A stretch of DNA of 64,000 nt. Origin: Candidatus Methanoxibalbensis ujae (lineage in GTDB: Archaea; Halobacteriota; Syntropharchaeia; Alkanophagales; Methanospirareceae). How positions within the stretch are numbered: position 1 is the first letter of the stretch; every line of letters begins with the position of its first letter. The notes below the pieces were generated by a model. That model saw nothing but the letters and a program-made list of their open reading frames with translations, was not told the DNA's origin and did no database searches. The DNA lies in NCBI GenBank assembly GCA_026134085.1, contig JAOQIN010000002.1:73390-137389 (forward strand). Reading direction: 5' to 3'. The position numbers and the translations under genes were made by a program. Positions 48,788-59,248 of this stretch are shown one piece after another.

Positions 48788-49091
48788 CTTCTCTTATCCT
48801 CTTTTACATCTTTCCGTTCCAACACCACTCACTCCATTCTTTTATCGTTTTCACCCCGCAGCTTCATCCTCCGTTCTGACATCATCAGGCTTCATCCTCT
48901 GTTCTGAGATCATCGGGACATTATCAGAACATCATCGGGACATCATCAGAACACCATCAGAACCTCATCAGAACACTGCCGCTGCCACACGATAACGCCC
49001 GAGCTGCCTCATCATGCCCTTGAGAAGTTGAGTAAATAAAGAATTTAAGTAAATAAAAAAGCAAAAAAGTTGAAAGATTTGACAGTTCAAA

Positions 49092-49388
49092 TCAGACAAC
49101 TGCTACCCAGCGTCCCTTTGTCCTCTTCTCCACCAGTTTGTGATGTGCGAGCAGTTGAAGTATGTCACTGACCATTGCCACATCGTCAATTCCTGCGTAG
49201 CGAGCTATCATGCGCTTTGAGCGACCTCTCGGATCCTCCTCCCTCGCTCTTCGTGCTGCCTCAAGCACTTTAACCACATCGTTCACCACAGACTCAAGGT
49301 GAGACGGTATTGTTGGCTCTTCACCCAGCATTCTGCGCACATCAGACAAAGATTCACCTTCTATGCATATTTTCGCCATTCCCATCAC
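49092..49388 (-). CDS. hypothetical small protein, possible winged-helix
   Basis: 98-aa ORF downstream of the aminotransferase gene on the same strand. The C-terminal IARYAGIDDVAMVSDILQLLAHHKLVEKRTKGRW is HTH-like. No family recognised. Confidence 0.45.
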   Translation of the reverse strand: MMGMAKICIEGESLSDVRRMLGEEPTIPSHLESVVNDVVKVLEAARRAREEDPRGRSKRMIARYAGIDDVAMVSDILQLLAHHKLVEKRTKGRWVAVV

Positions 49389-49654
49389 CTCCTATGCATG
49401 ATTTTACCACCCACACATATATAAATATATCATTTAGATGTCACATCTGCTTCTCCAATCATCATGTTGAAAGATGTGGCAGCAGGTTCATGCACCTATC
49501 AACACAATCTCTTCGCATCTGTCATCCAACCCATTCATACATAATTCATCTTTGGGTTCAGTCCATGCAGGGAGATATGAACAGGGGCTCAGAGGCTCAC
49601 CATGCACAGACCCCGCACAGCAGAGCAGTAGCAGTGAAATGCAGCCAGTTGCGT

Positions 49655-50782
49655 TCAGCTGCGCGGTGACGATGCGGCGAGTCTCTCAAATGCAATTTTC
49701 AGGCGATCCATGCTTTCTGCGAATGATATGCGCACATGATTTCTGCCGGCGTCGCCGAATGCTGAGCCAGGCGTAACAATGACTTTTTTGCTGAGTGCAT
49801 GATCAACAAATGCGTTCTCGTCATCAACGCGTGGAAATACATAAAATGCGCCTCTCGGGATGGAAAAGTCAAGCCCCATGGAGCGAAGCGCATGCATCAC
49901 AAACATCCGCCTGCGGTTGAACTCATCTCTCATCCGTGATACCGAATCCTGCGGTCCTGTAAGCGCTGCAAGCGCGGCATACTGAGCGACGGAGGATGCA
50001 CATGCCTGTATATATTGATGTATCTTCATCATATTTTCCACATACTCCTCAGAACCGACAGCAACATATCCCAATCTGAAGCCCGTCATCGCATATGCCT
50101 TTGAAACCGCATTGACGGTGACGACATTATCCGAAAATCTTGCGGGACTCACATGTTTATATCCATCATAAACAAAATATTCATATACTTCATCGGATAT
50201 CAGCACGATATTGTGGTCATCTGCGATTTCTGCAAGTGCCTTAATGTCGTTTTCGCTCAGAACGGCACCTGTTGGATTGGCAGGCGAGTTCACGATGATC
50301 GCTTTCGTCCGCTTTGTTATTTTCTCCTGCACATCATCAACAGACATCGCCATGTCATATTCGCCGCGAGGGCGCACACTCACCGGCTTCGCATCAGCAA
50401 GACGGACGAGCGCACTGAAAGAGACGAATCCCGGATCCGGAACAAGCACCTCATCACCACTCTCCGCAATCGCGTGTATTGCTATGTGAAGCCCCTCACT
50501 CGCTCCTGCAGTGACGATTATGTTCTCATCGGGGACCTCAATGCCGTTATCACGCCTCAATTTCTCGCTTATCGCATTCCTCAATTCGTGAATGCCTTTG
50601 TTAAATGTATATTTCGTGTGTCCTGCTCGCATCGCTCGCTCTGCCGCCCTTATAATGTGCTGGGGAGTCTCAAAATCAGGCTCTCCCAATCCCAAATTTA
50701 TCACATCTTCGCCTGAAAGCCCCTCAAACGCCCTCCTTATGCCGGAAATCCCTATGCTGCTCACGCGCTTTGCAAATTTCAT
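49655..50782 (-). CDS. class I/II pyridoxal-phosphate aminotransferase (aspartate aminotransferase-like)
   Basis: GEPDF, NSPANPTGA, and VNAVSKAYAMTGFRLGY (PLP lysine). 375 aa. Confidence 0.88.
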   Translation of the reverse strand: MKFAKRVSSIGISGIRRAFEGLSGEDVINLGLGEPDFETPQHIIRAAERAMRAGHTKYTFNKGIHELRNAISEKLRRDNGIEVPDENIIVTAGASEGLHIAIHAIAESGDEVLVPDPGFVSFSALVRLADAKPVSVRPRGEYDMAMSVDDVQEKITKRTKAIIVNSPANPTGAVLSENDIKALAEIADDHNIVLISDEVYEYFVYDGYKHVSPARFSDNVVTVNAVSKAYAMTGFRLGYVAVGSEEYVENMMKIHQYIQACASSVAQYAALAALTGPQDSVSRMRDEFNRRRMFVMHALRSMGLDFSIPRGAFYVFPRVDDENAFVDHALSKKVIVTPGSAFGDAGRNHVRISFAESMDRLKIAFERLAASSPRS

Positions 50783-51043
50783 CTCATATAATCATTTCAA
50801 TCAACTTTTGATCTCCTTCTCAAACTGGTTGGTGAGGGCAGCCTCACTCCTCCTCTCAAGGCGAGCATGTGGATATGGTATAAGAAAAATCAAAATAAAA
50901 TCAGAACAAAATGTATGGAGGGTGATGTGAAATTCCATGCGGAAGAAAACGATGGAGGGCGAAGATGCGCAAGCATAAATTGAAAAAGCGGCGGAAGAAG
51001 ATGAGATACAAAAACAAGTAGTTCCCCGCTCAGAATTCTTCGC

Positions 51044-52030
51044 TCAGAAAGGAACAAACAGCGATGCAATGCAGAATGGTGCGCTGAGTGCATACATCGC
51101 GAGAACTGCTCGCACCTCGGTCATTCTGAAGTGATACGGGAGCACCCACTTGAGTGTGAGCGCGTTGGGAACATAAAGTGTCCCGTCTTCCAAGACATAG
51201 CCGAACTTCGTCAGACGCCACCTGCTGTCATCAGGCTTTATCTTATGCATAACCCTCCAGAAAACATACATGAGGAAATTCACAGTGTGCGGTATGAGCA
51301 TTATGAATCCCGACAGGAAAAAGCCGTTCGCAACTATCACAGCACCTGTCACCGCACCGAGCGAGAGAGAACCTACGTTTCCGAGGAAAATCCTCGCAGG
51401 ATACCTGTTGAACCACCAGAACGCGATTGTGGCGCCGAGAACACATCCCAAAAAAAGACATTCCTGCCCCCTCATAACTGTCTTGACAAACAGTGTTGCA
51501 AGTAACATCACAGATAAACCCGATGCAAGACCATTGAAACCAGAATGCATGTTCACAAGATTTGAGACAACCATCACATAGACGGCTGAAACAGGATATA
51601 TGAGCATTCCCAAATCCAAAACGCCCAAAAAAGGCAGCACCACTGATGAGTTTGATGATGAATCCAGCACAGAAAGCACAGGAAATGTCAAGAAAACCGG
51701 TAGGAATATCTTTGTTGTTCTCCCAATGTCATAAAAATCGTCTATTAAGCCAAAAAATCCGAAGAAAATCATGACGAGGAGGTGTGCGATATCATATTTA
51801 TTGATCCTGCAATCAAACAACAAATCACACAGCAAAGCAGTTACGATTAAAGCAATTGCTGAAGTTGTTATTATTGCTGTTCCTCCACACGTCGGCACAT
51901 CTCTCCTGTCTATTTTGTATCTGTCAGGTGCTGTGATACCTCTCTCCTTCAATTTTTTTATTGTTATGGGTATGAGCAGCATCGCCGTTGCAAATGAGAT
52001 CGGAACGGATATCCACGACATGCCATGCAT
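51044..52030 (-). CDS. glycosyltransferase family 4 (MraY/WecA/AglH-type polyprenyl-phosphate HexNAc-1-P transferase)
   Basis: About 10 TM helices, with the GLIDDFYDIG and NLVNMHSGFNGL motifs. Confidence 0.8.
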   Translation of the reverse strand: MHGMSWISVPISFATAMLLIPITIKKLKERGITAPDRYKIDRRDVPTCGGTAIITTSAIALIVTALLCDLLFDCRINKYDIAHLLVMIFFGFFGLIDDFYDIGRTTKIFLPVFLTFPVLSVLDSSSNSSVVLPFLGVLDLGMLIYPVSAVYVMVVSNLVNMHSGFNGLASGLSVMLLATLFVKTVMRGQECLFLGCVLGATIAFWWFNRYPARIFLGNVGSLSLGAVTGAVIVANGFFLSGFIMLIPHTVNFLMYVFWRVMHKIKPDDSRWRLTKFGYVLEDGTLYVPNALTLKWVLPYHFRMTEVRAVLAMYALSAPFCIASLFVPF

Positions 52031-52524
52031 CAGTTTTCATGCAAATTCAAAAATATATGCGGTGTTTGTAACTGTATCTGCACTGCGGTCTGCAATCTGC
52101 CGTTGAGCGGGCATCAGCCACTGCGCCCATCTGAAGAAACGGCACCACGCATAATGCGGCACTTTTAACAGTCTTTCTTGCAGGCTCTCATTCATCCACG
52201 ACAATCTCCTCTCTCCATTCATCATTTCATCAGCATGCCCGGCTCTCAGTCGCTCATTTGAAATTTGCTTCAATCAATAACTTCATCCCAACAACAGGGA
52301 GATTTCAGTTTAAGATAAGATTTAAGATAATAATGATAAAAAATATATAATAATATGAAGGCTATAATCCTCAGAGAATCTATACACCCCAGACGCCTTA
52401 ATCGATGTCCAATGGAACATCATAACAAATGAGTTGCTTTGCTCAGGAACAGGATCCCAACAACAAAAATCAATCTGTTAATAATTGATGAAAAAAATAA
52501 TAAAGGTTAGGAATGCTTGGGCAT

Positions 52525-54339
52525 TCAGGCATACATGAATATGGCAAGATAGAAGAATATGAGGAGCAGTGTGATGAGCACACCCGTTCCGATGGCGATT
52601 TTCATTGATCCATTCTCCCGCAATCTGTTAAGGTTGTCCTCATACTTTTTGAAATGTTCCGATTGTCTCAGGAGCACGATCATTATATATGCGAGCATTC
52701 CTGCCGCTGCGCTTGAATTTTGTAAGAAGGAAGCGAATGCATCAGCGATTTTCATCATCATACTCTCTGTTGCTCTCGCAAAAGACATAAGTGGACCCTC
52801 GCAGAAGTGTATAAATGCGTTCCCTGCTCTCCTGTAAATGAGGTCTATGTCGTAGGTGATTCTTTCGTGAGGCTTGAAGAAGCCGAAGGCGAAGAACATG
52901 AATGCCGTCATCAAAAGCAGTTCGGCGGTTCCGAGCGTGTGACCTGCGGAATAAGCATCATAGTGGAATGCCTCTTCAGGAAAAGGCAGGATGCGATAAA
53001 GCATCTGCGGATACACGCCGATTGCAACGCAGAGAGCAGCGGTCGCCACCATCGGAATGAGCATCGTTATGGGCGCTTCCTTCGCTTGAATTTCCTCACG
53101 AGCAGCGGAGAAGAATGTGAAGTATGTGAGTTTCAGGAAAGAGAGGAAGGTGCCTACGGAAGCGAGCATGAGAGCGAGAGCGATGAGATGCAGATGAGAT
53201 TCCTCCGCCGCATGAATAATCATGCCCTTGCTCACATATCCGTTGAAGCCAATCACACCTGAAATTGAGAACGCTGCGACGATGCAGGTGAGCGCAGTGA
53301 CAGGCATCTTCCGGGCAAGACCTCCAAGCTCCGTGAGGTTCATGCGACCCGTCTCGTAAATCACGGCGCCCATGCACATGAAAAGCAGCGCTTTGTACAG
53401 AATGTGGTTGAAAACATGAGCGATTCCTCCATTAATTCCTATCATTGTCCCTATTCCCACACCAGCGACCATGTATCCGACCTGCGAGACGATGTGATAT
53501 GAAAGTAATTTACGGACATCATTTTGAAGAAGGGCGAAAGCGACGCCATAAATCGCCATCACAGCACCCATATATGCAACGGCTCCTCCAGCTTCAGCGG
53601 CAGGGAATGTTCTTGCGAGTGCATAGACTCCTGTTTTCGTCGTGTAAACACTCAAAAATACAGAGCCCGCAATTGTCGCCTTCGGGTAAGAGTCGGGAAG
53701 CCATGTGTGAAGCGGGATGAATGCTGTGTTCACGCCTATTCCGAGAAGAATCAGGAAGTATGCGATTCCAAGCTCATCAACAGGACCGACAGTGAGCGAG
53801 CCTGTCGTGAGGAAATGAATAATTATGCCCGCGAGCAGTGCGCAACCTCCGAAAAGGTGAAAAATAATATAGCGGAATCCTGCATCTCTCGCCCGCTTTG
53901 AGCCTTCATACCATATTAAACCGAGCGATGAAACCGCCATTATCTCCCAGAAAATGTAAAGGGTGATGAGATCACCGGCAAAAACCGCACCTAAGGAGCT
54001 TCCGATGTAGAGTAAAGCGCAGATATGATGACCCGTTTCCCTCACAGCATCCAAAGAATAGATTATTGCGAAGAAGCCAATCAGTGTGAATATGTATCCC
54101 ATTATAAGACTGAGAGCATCCGCATGCAGCAGCGTAAGCTTAATCTCTGGAAGAATCGGAAGCATCCAGCTCGTCTGTGGCTTTAAGGTGAATGCGAGAG
54201 CGAGTCCGAGAACGCCGATAGCCACAAGGTATGCCTTTCTCGCCCTGCCTCTGAACAGAGGTAGAAGTGAAGCACCAAAAATATACACGAATGCGGGCGG
54301 TATGCTCGTCAAAAATTCCAGAAATCCAGTTTCATTCAT
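52525..54339 (-). CDS. NuoL/M/N-MnhD-family proton-conducting membrane subunit
   Basis: 604 aa and highly hydrophobic. Family-typical segments: WEIMAVSS, HTWLPDSYPKATIAGSVFLS, LLSYHIVSQVGYM. Confidence 0.8.
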   Translation of the reverse strand: MNETGFLEFLTSIPPAFVYIFGASLLPLFRGRARKAYLVAIGVLGLALAFTLKPQTSWMLPILPEIKLTLLHADALSLIMGYIFTLIGFFAIIYSLDAVRETGHHICALLYIGSSLGAVFAGDLITLYIFWEIMAVSSLGLIWYEGSKRARDAGFRYIIFHLFGGCALLAGIIIHFLTTGSLTVGPVDELGIAYFLILLGIGVNTAFIPLHTWLPDSYPKATIAGSVFLSVYTTKTGVYALARTFPAAEAGGAVAYMGAVMAIYGVAFALLQNDVRKLLSYHIVSQVGYMVAGVGIGTMIGINGGIAHVFNHILYKALLFMCMGAVIYETGRMNLTELGGLARKMPVTALTCIVAAFSISGVIGFNGYVSKGMIIHAAEESHLHLIALALMLASVGTFLSFLKLTYFTFFSAAREEIQAKEAPITMLIPMVATAALCVAIGVYPQMLYRILPFPEEAFHYDAYSAGHTLGTAELLLMTAFMFFAFGFFKPHERITYDIDLIYRRAGNAFIHFCEGPLMSFARATESMMMKIADAFASFLQNSSAAAGMLAYIMIVLLRQSEHFKKYEDNLNRLRENGSMKIAIGTGVLITLLLIFFYLAIFMYA

Positions 54340-54544
54340 CCTGCCTCCCCTCCCTCTGCGCTAATGACAATATCCGCATTGCAAATGCAAAAAACAGCAC
54401 TCCTACCGCACCTATTATCGCATGAAATCCCAAAAAGGGCTCTTCATGTCTTGAAATTATCAGTGAAAGTGCTAATGCCACACATATTCCGCCTATACTG
54501 CTAAAAATTACAAACTTTCTCACTCCATTTAACATTTTCTCCAC
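54332..54544 (-). CDS. small two-TM membrane protein overlapping the MnhD-like gene start
   Basis: 70-aa ORF with two hydrophobic helices. The 8-nt overlap with the downstream gene suggests co-translation. Confidence 0.45.
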   Translation of the reverse strand: MEKMLNGVRKFVIFSSIGGICVALALSLIISRHEEPFLGFHAIIGAVGVLFFAFAMRILSLAQREGRQDE

Positions 54545-54687
54545 CTCTCGGCGAGATAAGTGTTTATATAAAATGCTTCATACATTCTTAAATAATCTCC
54601 CAATGAATCTATACTTCTGTATATGCAGGTGCATCAGTAGGAGTGTTGCCGTGCAGAAAATGTCCGTGCAATGCGAAACCTATCCGT

Positions 54688-55095
54688 TCACATTTTCAAA
54701 CTTTCAATGAATGCCTTTCCTCTCTCAGAAATTCGGTAATAAGTGGCATTCCCCCGCTCAATCTTCTCAACAAGTCCCAGTTTCAGCAGGGAGTTGGCCT
54801 CGTCAAAACGGCTTCCCATGCCCCGCAGTCCTCCAAGAATGTTTGTGGGGTCAATTCCCGTGTTCCTTGAGATTTCCGCGGGATAGGACGCATTCGGATA
54901 GATTTTGTAGAGATACATCAGAATTTCTGTTCGCACCCTGCTCCTTCGTAAAGCACGCAGAATCTCTCCAAAACTCACTCCCTCTTCCGCTTCCTCCTCA
55001 CGCTCTCTCTCGGGATTGCTCTCCTCCCCAGCTTCAGTCTCTTCAGATTCCTCTCTCTCATACACGCGCATCCCTCCCTCGCTCACCTTTGCCAC
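54688..55095 (-). CDS. winged-helix transcriptional regulator with acidic N-terminal tail
   Basis: RVRTEILMYLYKIYPNASYPAEISRNTGIDPTNILGGLRG .. LGLVEKIERGNATYYRISERG has the wHTH pattern. Confidence 0.65.
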   Translation of the reverse strand: MAKVSEGGMRVYEREESEETEAGEESNPEREREEEAEEGVSFGEILRALRRSRVRTEILMYLYKIYPNASYPAEISRNTGIDPTNILGGLRGMGSRFDEANSLLKLGLVEKIERGNATYYRISERGKAFIESLKM

Positions 55096-55102
55096 CGCGG
55101 TG

Positions 55103-55124
55103 AAGTCAGTTATAAGTCAGTTAT
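55103..55124. repeat. perfect 11-nt x2 tandem duplication just upstream of the regulator gene
   Basis: aagtcagttat occurs twice. Confidence 0.95.
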
Positions 55125-55285
55125 GAATATCTCTATCAATTGATGAATTGATGAAGCTGACGCTTGCTCACTCGGACAGTAGCAGCAAAAACGCACCGCA
55201 TCATCCGATTTCATTCCGATTTTGGGATTTTATGCTCAGTGCGGTTGGCTGTCCTGCATGCCCGGTTCGCTGAAATCATCAACGC

Positions 55286-56293
55286 TCATATTTTCCGTAT
55301 TTTGTAGGACAGCCTGCCGACACCGAGTGCGTGAGCCTCTCTCAACTGCACTTTCGGATCTCCTTCAAAAGCGGATACGCCTATGAGGTCTATTGTCGCG
55401 TTGTCAAGCGCAACAGGATCCGAAGATGCGAGAACTCCCACATCATCGCAGATGAAGCGAGGAGACATCTCCGCACAGTCGCAGAATGGCGTCACATGAA
55501 TCGCAAAGTTTATGAAATATGCCCTGACATTCTTCAAAACCTCACTTGCGACATACGCAATCCTCTTCTGAATGAGTTCTGATGCGTTTTCTGCCGTTTT
55601 AAGCGCGCCAACATCGCAAGCTGCAATGCAAGCACAGCATCCAATGCAATTTTCAGAATCAAAATGTATCTTTCCGTCTTCGATCTTAATCACATTAAAA
55701 CCGCAGGCATTCTCACAATTGCCACATAGATTGCAGATATCCTCATTTAAAACGGGTTTCGTGACTTCATGCTGCCACCTCTTCGTTCTCTTTGTGACAC
55801 AACCCATCGCAACATTCTTAAGTGCACCGCCATACGATGACGCACCGTGTCCTGTGGCATGAGATATCACAACCATCGCATCACACTCATAAATGACCTT
55901 CGCAATCTCAACATTTTCACTCACAGGAACGCCCTCATCGCTCAAGCCATCAGCAATGATGACGGGACATCCCATGTAAGACGGTGAAAATCCATGATAA
56001 ACAGCACACATAATGTGATCAATTGCGTTAAACCGCTCACCTTTGTATAATGTTGTTGTATCTGTGAGGAAGAATTTTGCATTTTTGTGCAGATTACTCA
56101 GTGAGTCAATTATTGCTTTTATGTGAAATGGTTTTATGAATGTCTCATTGTTCATTTCGCCGAAGTGGAGTTTCACCGCGATGTTCCCGCTGAGAGAATC
56201 GTCGCCCGACAAATGCTCAACAAGAGCCCCCAATCGCTTCACAATCGGCGTGTTGTTTTCTCTCGCATCTACAAAATAAACAGTGCTGCTCAT
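55286..56293 (-). CDS. DUF362 domain protein with 2x[4Fe-4S] ferredoxin insert
   Basis: STVYFVDAR .. IAVKLHFGE .. ISHATGHG, and CNLCGNCENAC / CIGCCACIAAC. Start is uncertain: 56293, 56335 or 56362. Confidence 0.75.
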   Translation of the reverse strand: MSSTVYFVDARENNTPIVKRLGALVEHLSGDDSLSGNIAVKLHFGEMNNETFIKPFHIKAIIDSLSNLHKNAKFFLTDTTTLYKGERFNAIDHIMCAVYHGFSPSYMGCPVIIADGLSDEGVPVSENVEIAKVIYECDAMVVISHATGHGASSYGGALKNVAMGCVTKRTKRWQHEVTKPVLNEDICNLCGNCENACGFNVIKIEDGKIHFDSENCIGCCACIAACDVGALKTAENASELIQKRIAYVASEVLKNVRAYFINFAIHVTPFCDCAEMSPRFICDDVGVLASSDPVALDNATIDLIGVSAFEGDPKVQLREAHALGVGRLSYKIRKI

Positions 56294-56410
56294 GCTCTCT
56301 CCCTCATCCAGAATTGATGATTTATCTTTCCTCATCTCACGATCACACCACATCACACTCACACCACATCACACGATCGCATATCACGATCACACCACAC
56401 GACACAAGCC

Positions 56411-57211
56411 TCAGTCCCTCCCGATCACCTTTCTTATTGCGAAGAAAACATCCTGCGGTCTTTTTATGTCGTATGGGACATTCACTGTGACAACCATTGC
56501 CCTATCCGAGTGATCGCCTTTTATGCCCTCACGCGCTGTCAGCGTCCGCACCCTTGCATTTTCAAAAGAGCAGAATCCGTGATCCGATATGAGAATCAGG
56601 CGATCATCACCATGCTCATCATGCTCATCCTGCTCATAATCGCTGAGAAAACCCGTTTCAAAAACTATCTCACCTATTTTCTCATCCACACGCATATACC
56701 ACTCAATAACGCACGGCTCGCCCCAGTGGAAGTGCTGCACCCTGTCAAGCAGTGTGAACACTGTTATCAGAAGATCAGGCTTCCCGGAAATAAGCTCTTT
56801 TGTCTTCGCTGTCACTCTCTCAAGCTCCTCCTCCCATTCACGCTCATCAGTCGGCAGGCCGAAACCGACGGGCTTGAAATCCGTGCCAAACGAAAATGGA
56901 GGAACGACAAAAGGCACATTCACCGCATACACTTTCTTCCCCTCCTCATGCAGTATATCCCATATGAACCTCACATCTATGTCCTCCCGTCTCACTATTT
57001 CGCCGTCACGCACATAGCTGTAGTGCTTATGTTCATCAGGAAGCAGGCCGCAGAACATACCACACCATATCGACGCCGAGATGGGCTTCTCCTCAAGCAT
57101 TATCTCCCTCGCATTGCCCATATTCACGAGCTTCGCAATGTTCTTCAGCCTCTCCAGATTCTCCATCACAACATCCCATGACATCGCATCAACGCCTATG
57201 ACGAGAAACAT
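56411..57211 (-). CDS. alkaline-phosphatase-superfamily (type I phosphodiesterase-like) protein
   Basis: MFLVIGVDAMSWDV at the N-terminus and LILISDHG near the C-terminus. Confidence 0.65.
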   Translation of the reverse strand: MFLVIGVDAMSWDVVMENLERLKNIAKLVNMGNAREIMLEEKPISASIWCGMFCGLLPDEHKHYSYVRDGEIVRREDIDVRFIWDILHEEGKKVYAVNVPFVVPPFSFGTDFKPVGFGLPTDEREWEEELERVTAKTKELISGKPDLLITVFTLLDRVQHFHWGEPCVIEWYMRVDEKIGEIVFETGFLSDYEQDEHDEHGDDRLILISDHGFCSFENARVRTLTAREGIKGDHSDRAMVVTVNVPYDIKRPQDVFFAIRKVIGRD

Positions 57212-57964
57212 ATCCCATCCCTCATAATTGCACGATGCAAATCATAACCTCTCACGGCAAGCCGGCTCCAGTGAGGGAACAGCCAAGCTCTGTCATACGG
57301 AATGCAAAAAGTTATGAAGTGGAAAAATAAAAACAGGGCTCTTCCCCTTCAAAGGAGGGGAGGAGGTTTTGAGGGAGGGAGTTTGGGGTAACAGGAGAAG
57401 GAGATACGGAAGCGGATGCGTCTTTCTTCCGGAAATGATCGCTTCTGAGGAAAAAGAGGTGGAGAGAAGGGATCAAAACTGCGGTTCCTTAAATGTCTTG
57501 GCTTAAGGAATCATGAAAATGTCTGGAGTGCGGCAGACAATGGGGTGCGGAATGGGGTGCGGCAGACAAAGACCTCATTTGAGCATCATCAGCTTCAGGG
57601 AGATTTTCCTCATTTTGAAGGAAGGCAAAATCGGCACTGAATCCGGATTATGATTCGGTGCTTTTGCCCATGAAGTGAAACAGCTTCTATGTGAAGATCA
57701 CGAAGTATTTGGTATAGAATTGGATGAGGTATCAGAATATAATAGGAATAAGGGAGGGAAAGGCGAGGAGAGGAGCATCACGATGGGGAGATCAGAAGTG
57801 ATGGTTGAGATAAAGGTGAAGCTGATCGGCGGGGAAGTGATAGTCAGCACAGGGAATATAAAAGCTTGAGTGTTAAGGTAATGAGGAGGCGTAATGGCTG
57901 GTTGAGATTACTGCTGAACGAGAAATCCCGTTTGATCTTCCTCCGATAATCCACGAACATGAAC

Positions 57965-58039
57965 CAAAATAAATAAAGATAATAAAATATTAAATAAAAT
58001 AAAATAAAAAAAATAAAAAACAATTATTACAATTTTCAC
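57965..58039 (-). terminator. long T-rich tract (minus strand) downstream of ftr
   Basis: The + strand reads caaaataaataaagataataaaatattaaataaaataaaataaaaaaaataaaaaacaattattacaattttc, immediately 3' of the ftr stop. Confidence 0.45.
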
Positions 58040-58945
58040 CTACAATCCGAGTATATCGTGTAATTTCAGATGATATTTTCCGAGATTTCCGCCGTAGTTT
58101 CCTGCTGTTATTTTTTTAACGCCATCAATGCGGACAGCCGCCTCAATGCCACATCGCATCGCTTCCTTCACAGCATCCTCGCTCAATCCGTTTATTACAA
58201 TTTCAAGCACCGCGTTCACGCCCTCCGGAATCTCAGATTCAACAACGCCTTTCAGCGTCGGACAGAATTTATGGTTAGTTGTTGCGTGCATGAATTTGTA
58301 TTTCAGAGAGCCCGGTTTAGAGCCTGATGAGACGATTCCGCCCGGAAATGGAGTGATGACGCCATCAACTTTCGCAATTGCAGAGACAGCATTCTCGGCA
58401 GCGAGAAGAGCAGATGCCATATTCTCAGCAAGAATGAAGAAGTTTCCGCCTGCTACGCCCTCTTTCGCACCGAAGTTCTGCTCTACGATGAATTCACCGC
58501 CCATTACGGGTATTACTGAAACCTTTCTTCCGTATCTCTCCTCTTCCCTCTCAAAGCCATCGCCGAAGAATTTCAGTTTGAAACCCACGTTGAAAGTTTT
58601 CTCGCTCTCCTCTTCGCTCAACGCATTGAAAGCTGCTGCAGTCGGAGCGGTTAGAACGCACTGACCCAGGCGAGCGAGCAGTTGATTGTCCAATGCCTTG
58701 TATCCCGGGGCGCAGAACAAAACATACGCACCGGGCCTGCCATCGGGAGTCTCCTCCGGCGAAGCAGTTCTTTCAATACCCGCCTCAACAGGACACATAA
58801 TCACGGAGGTGCCGAAACCGGTCGCCTCTCTCGCCGCCTCAAGCGCCCATCTCTCGTTTATCGCCGTTATCAGCACACGAGCAACCTTTATCGGAAAAGC
58901 CTCCGCAAATGTATTTTCTATATGCACACCATTTAACTCCGCCAT
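58040..58945 (-). CDS. ftr: formylmethanofuran--tetrahydromethanopterin N-formyltransferase
   Basis: MAELNGVHIENTFAEAFPIKVARVLITA .. colinear with Ftr. About 300 aa. Confidence 0.93.
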   Translation of the reverse strand: MAELNGVHIENTFAEAFPIKVARVLITAINERWALEAAREATGFGTSVIMCPVEAGIERTASPEETPDGRPGAYVLFCAPGYKALDNQLLARLGQCVLTAPTAAAFNALSEEESEKTFNVGFKLKFFGDGFEREEERYGRKVSVIPVMGGEFIVEQNFGAKEGVAGGNFFILAENMASALLAAENAVSAIAKVDGVITPFPGGIVSSGSKPGSLKYKFMHATTNHKFCPTLKGVVESEIPEGVNAVLEIVINGLSEDAVKEAMRCGIEAAVRIDGVKKITAGNYGGNLGKYHLKLHDILGL

Positions 58946-59096
58946 TCAACCACCTCAAAGGAAAAAGATGTATCAAATAAAAAATGTTTTGCATTTCTCT
59001 CGCGGTTGACATGCGGTTGACATATAGGAAATGTTGAAACGGAGATGATGAGCAAAGCCCTTCATCCGGCATCTGAGAGCACAGCCTTCGCGAGCG

Positions 59097-59171
59097 CTGG
59101 TTCTCGGCTCTGATGGCTGGTTCTCGGCTCTGATGATTTGATGGATGCGGCTCTGATGATTTGATGGATGA
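59097..59171. repeat. two overlapping tandem duplications (20-nt x2 and 23-nt x2)
   Basis: ctggttctcggctctgatg(g/a) x2 (59097-59136) and ggctctgatgatttgatggatg(c/a) x2 (59126-59171). Confidence 0.9.
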
Positions 59172-59186
59172 TTTGATACAGATAAT

Positions 59187-59248
59187 TTGAATAAACAAAA
59201 AACAATAAACAAAAAACAAAAACAAAAAAACAACAAAAAAAACAAAAA
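59187..59248 (-). terminator. long T-rich tract (minus strand) downstream of the AGOG-like gene
   Basis: The + strand reads aataaacaaaaaacaataaacaaaaaacaaaaacaaaaaaacaacaaaaaaaacaaaaatc. Confidence 0.45.

Noticed and set aside
52037-52273. 78-aa ORF ending 6 nt upstream of the GT4 gene start.
   Set aside because: The Trp/Arg-rich composition is not protein-like, and there is no recognisable motif or conservation evidence. Tight spacing alone is insufficient.
57675-57869. 64-aa ORF in the ftr-upstream gap.
   Set aside because: It is isolated and has no recognisable motif. It starts at a non-ATG codon (GTG) with no evident ribosome-binding or promoter context.
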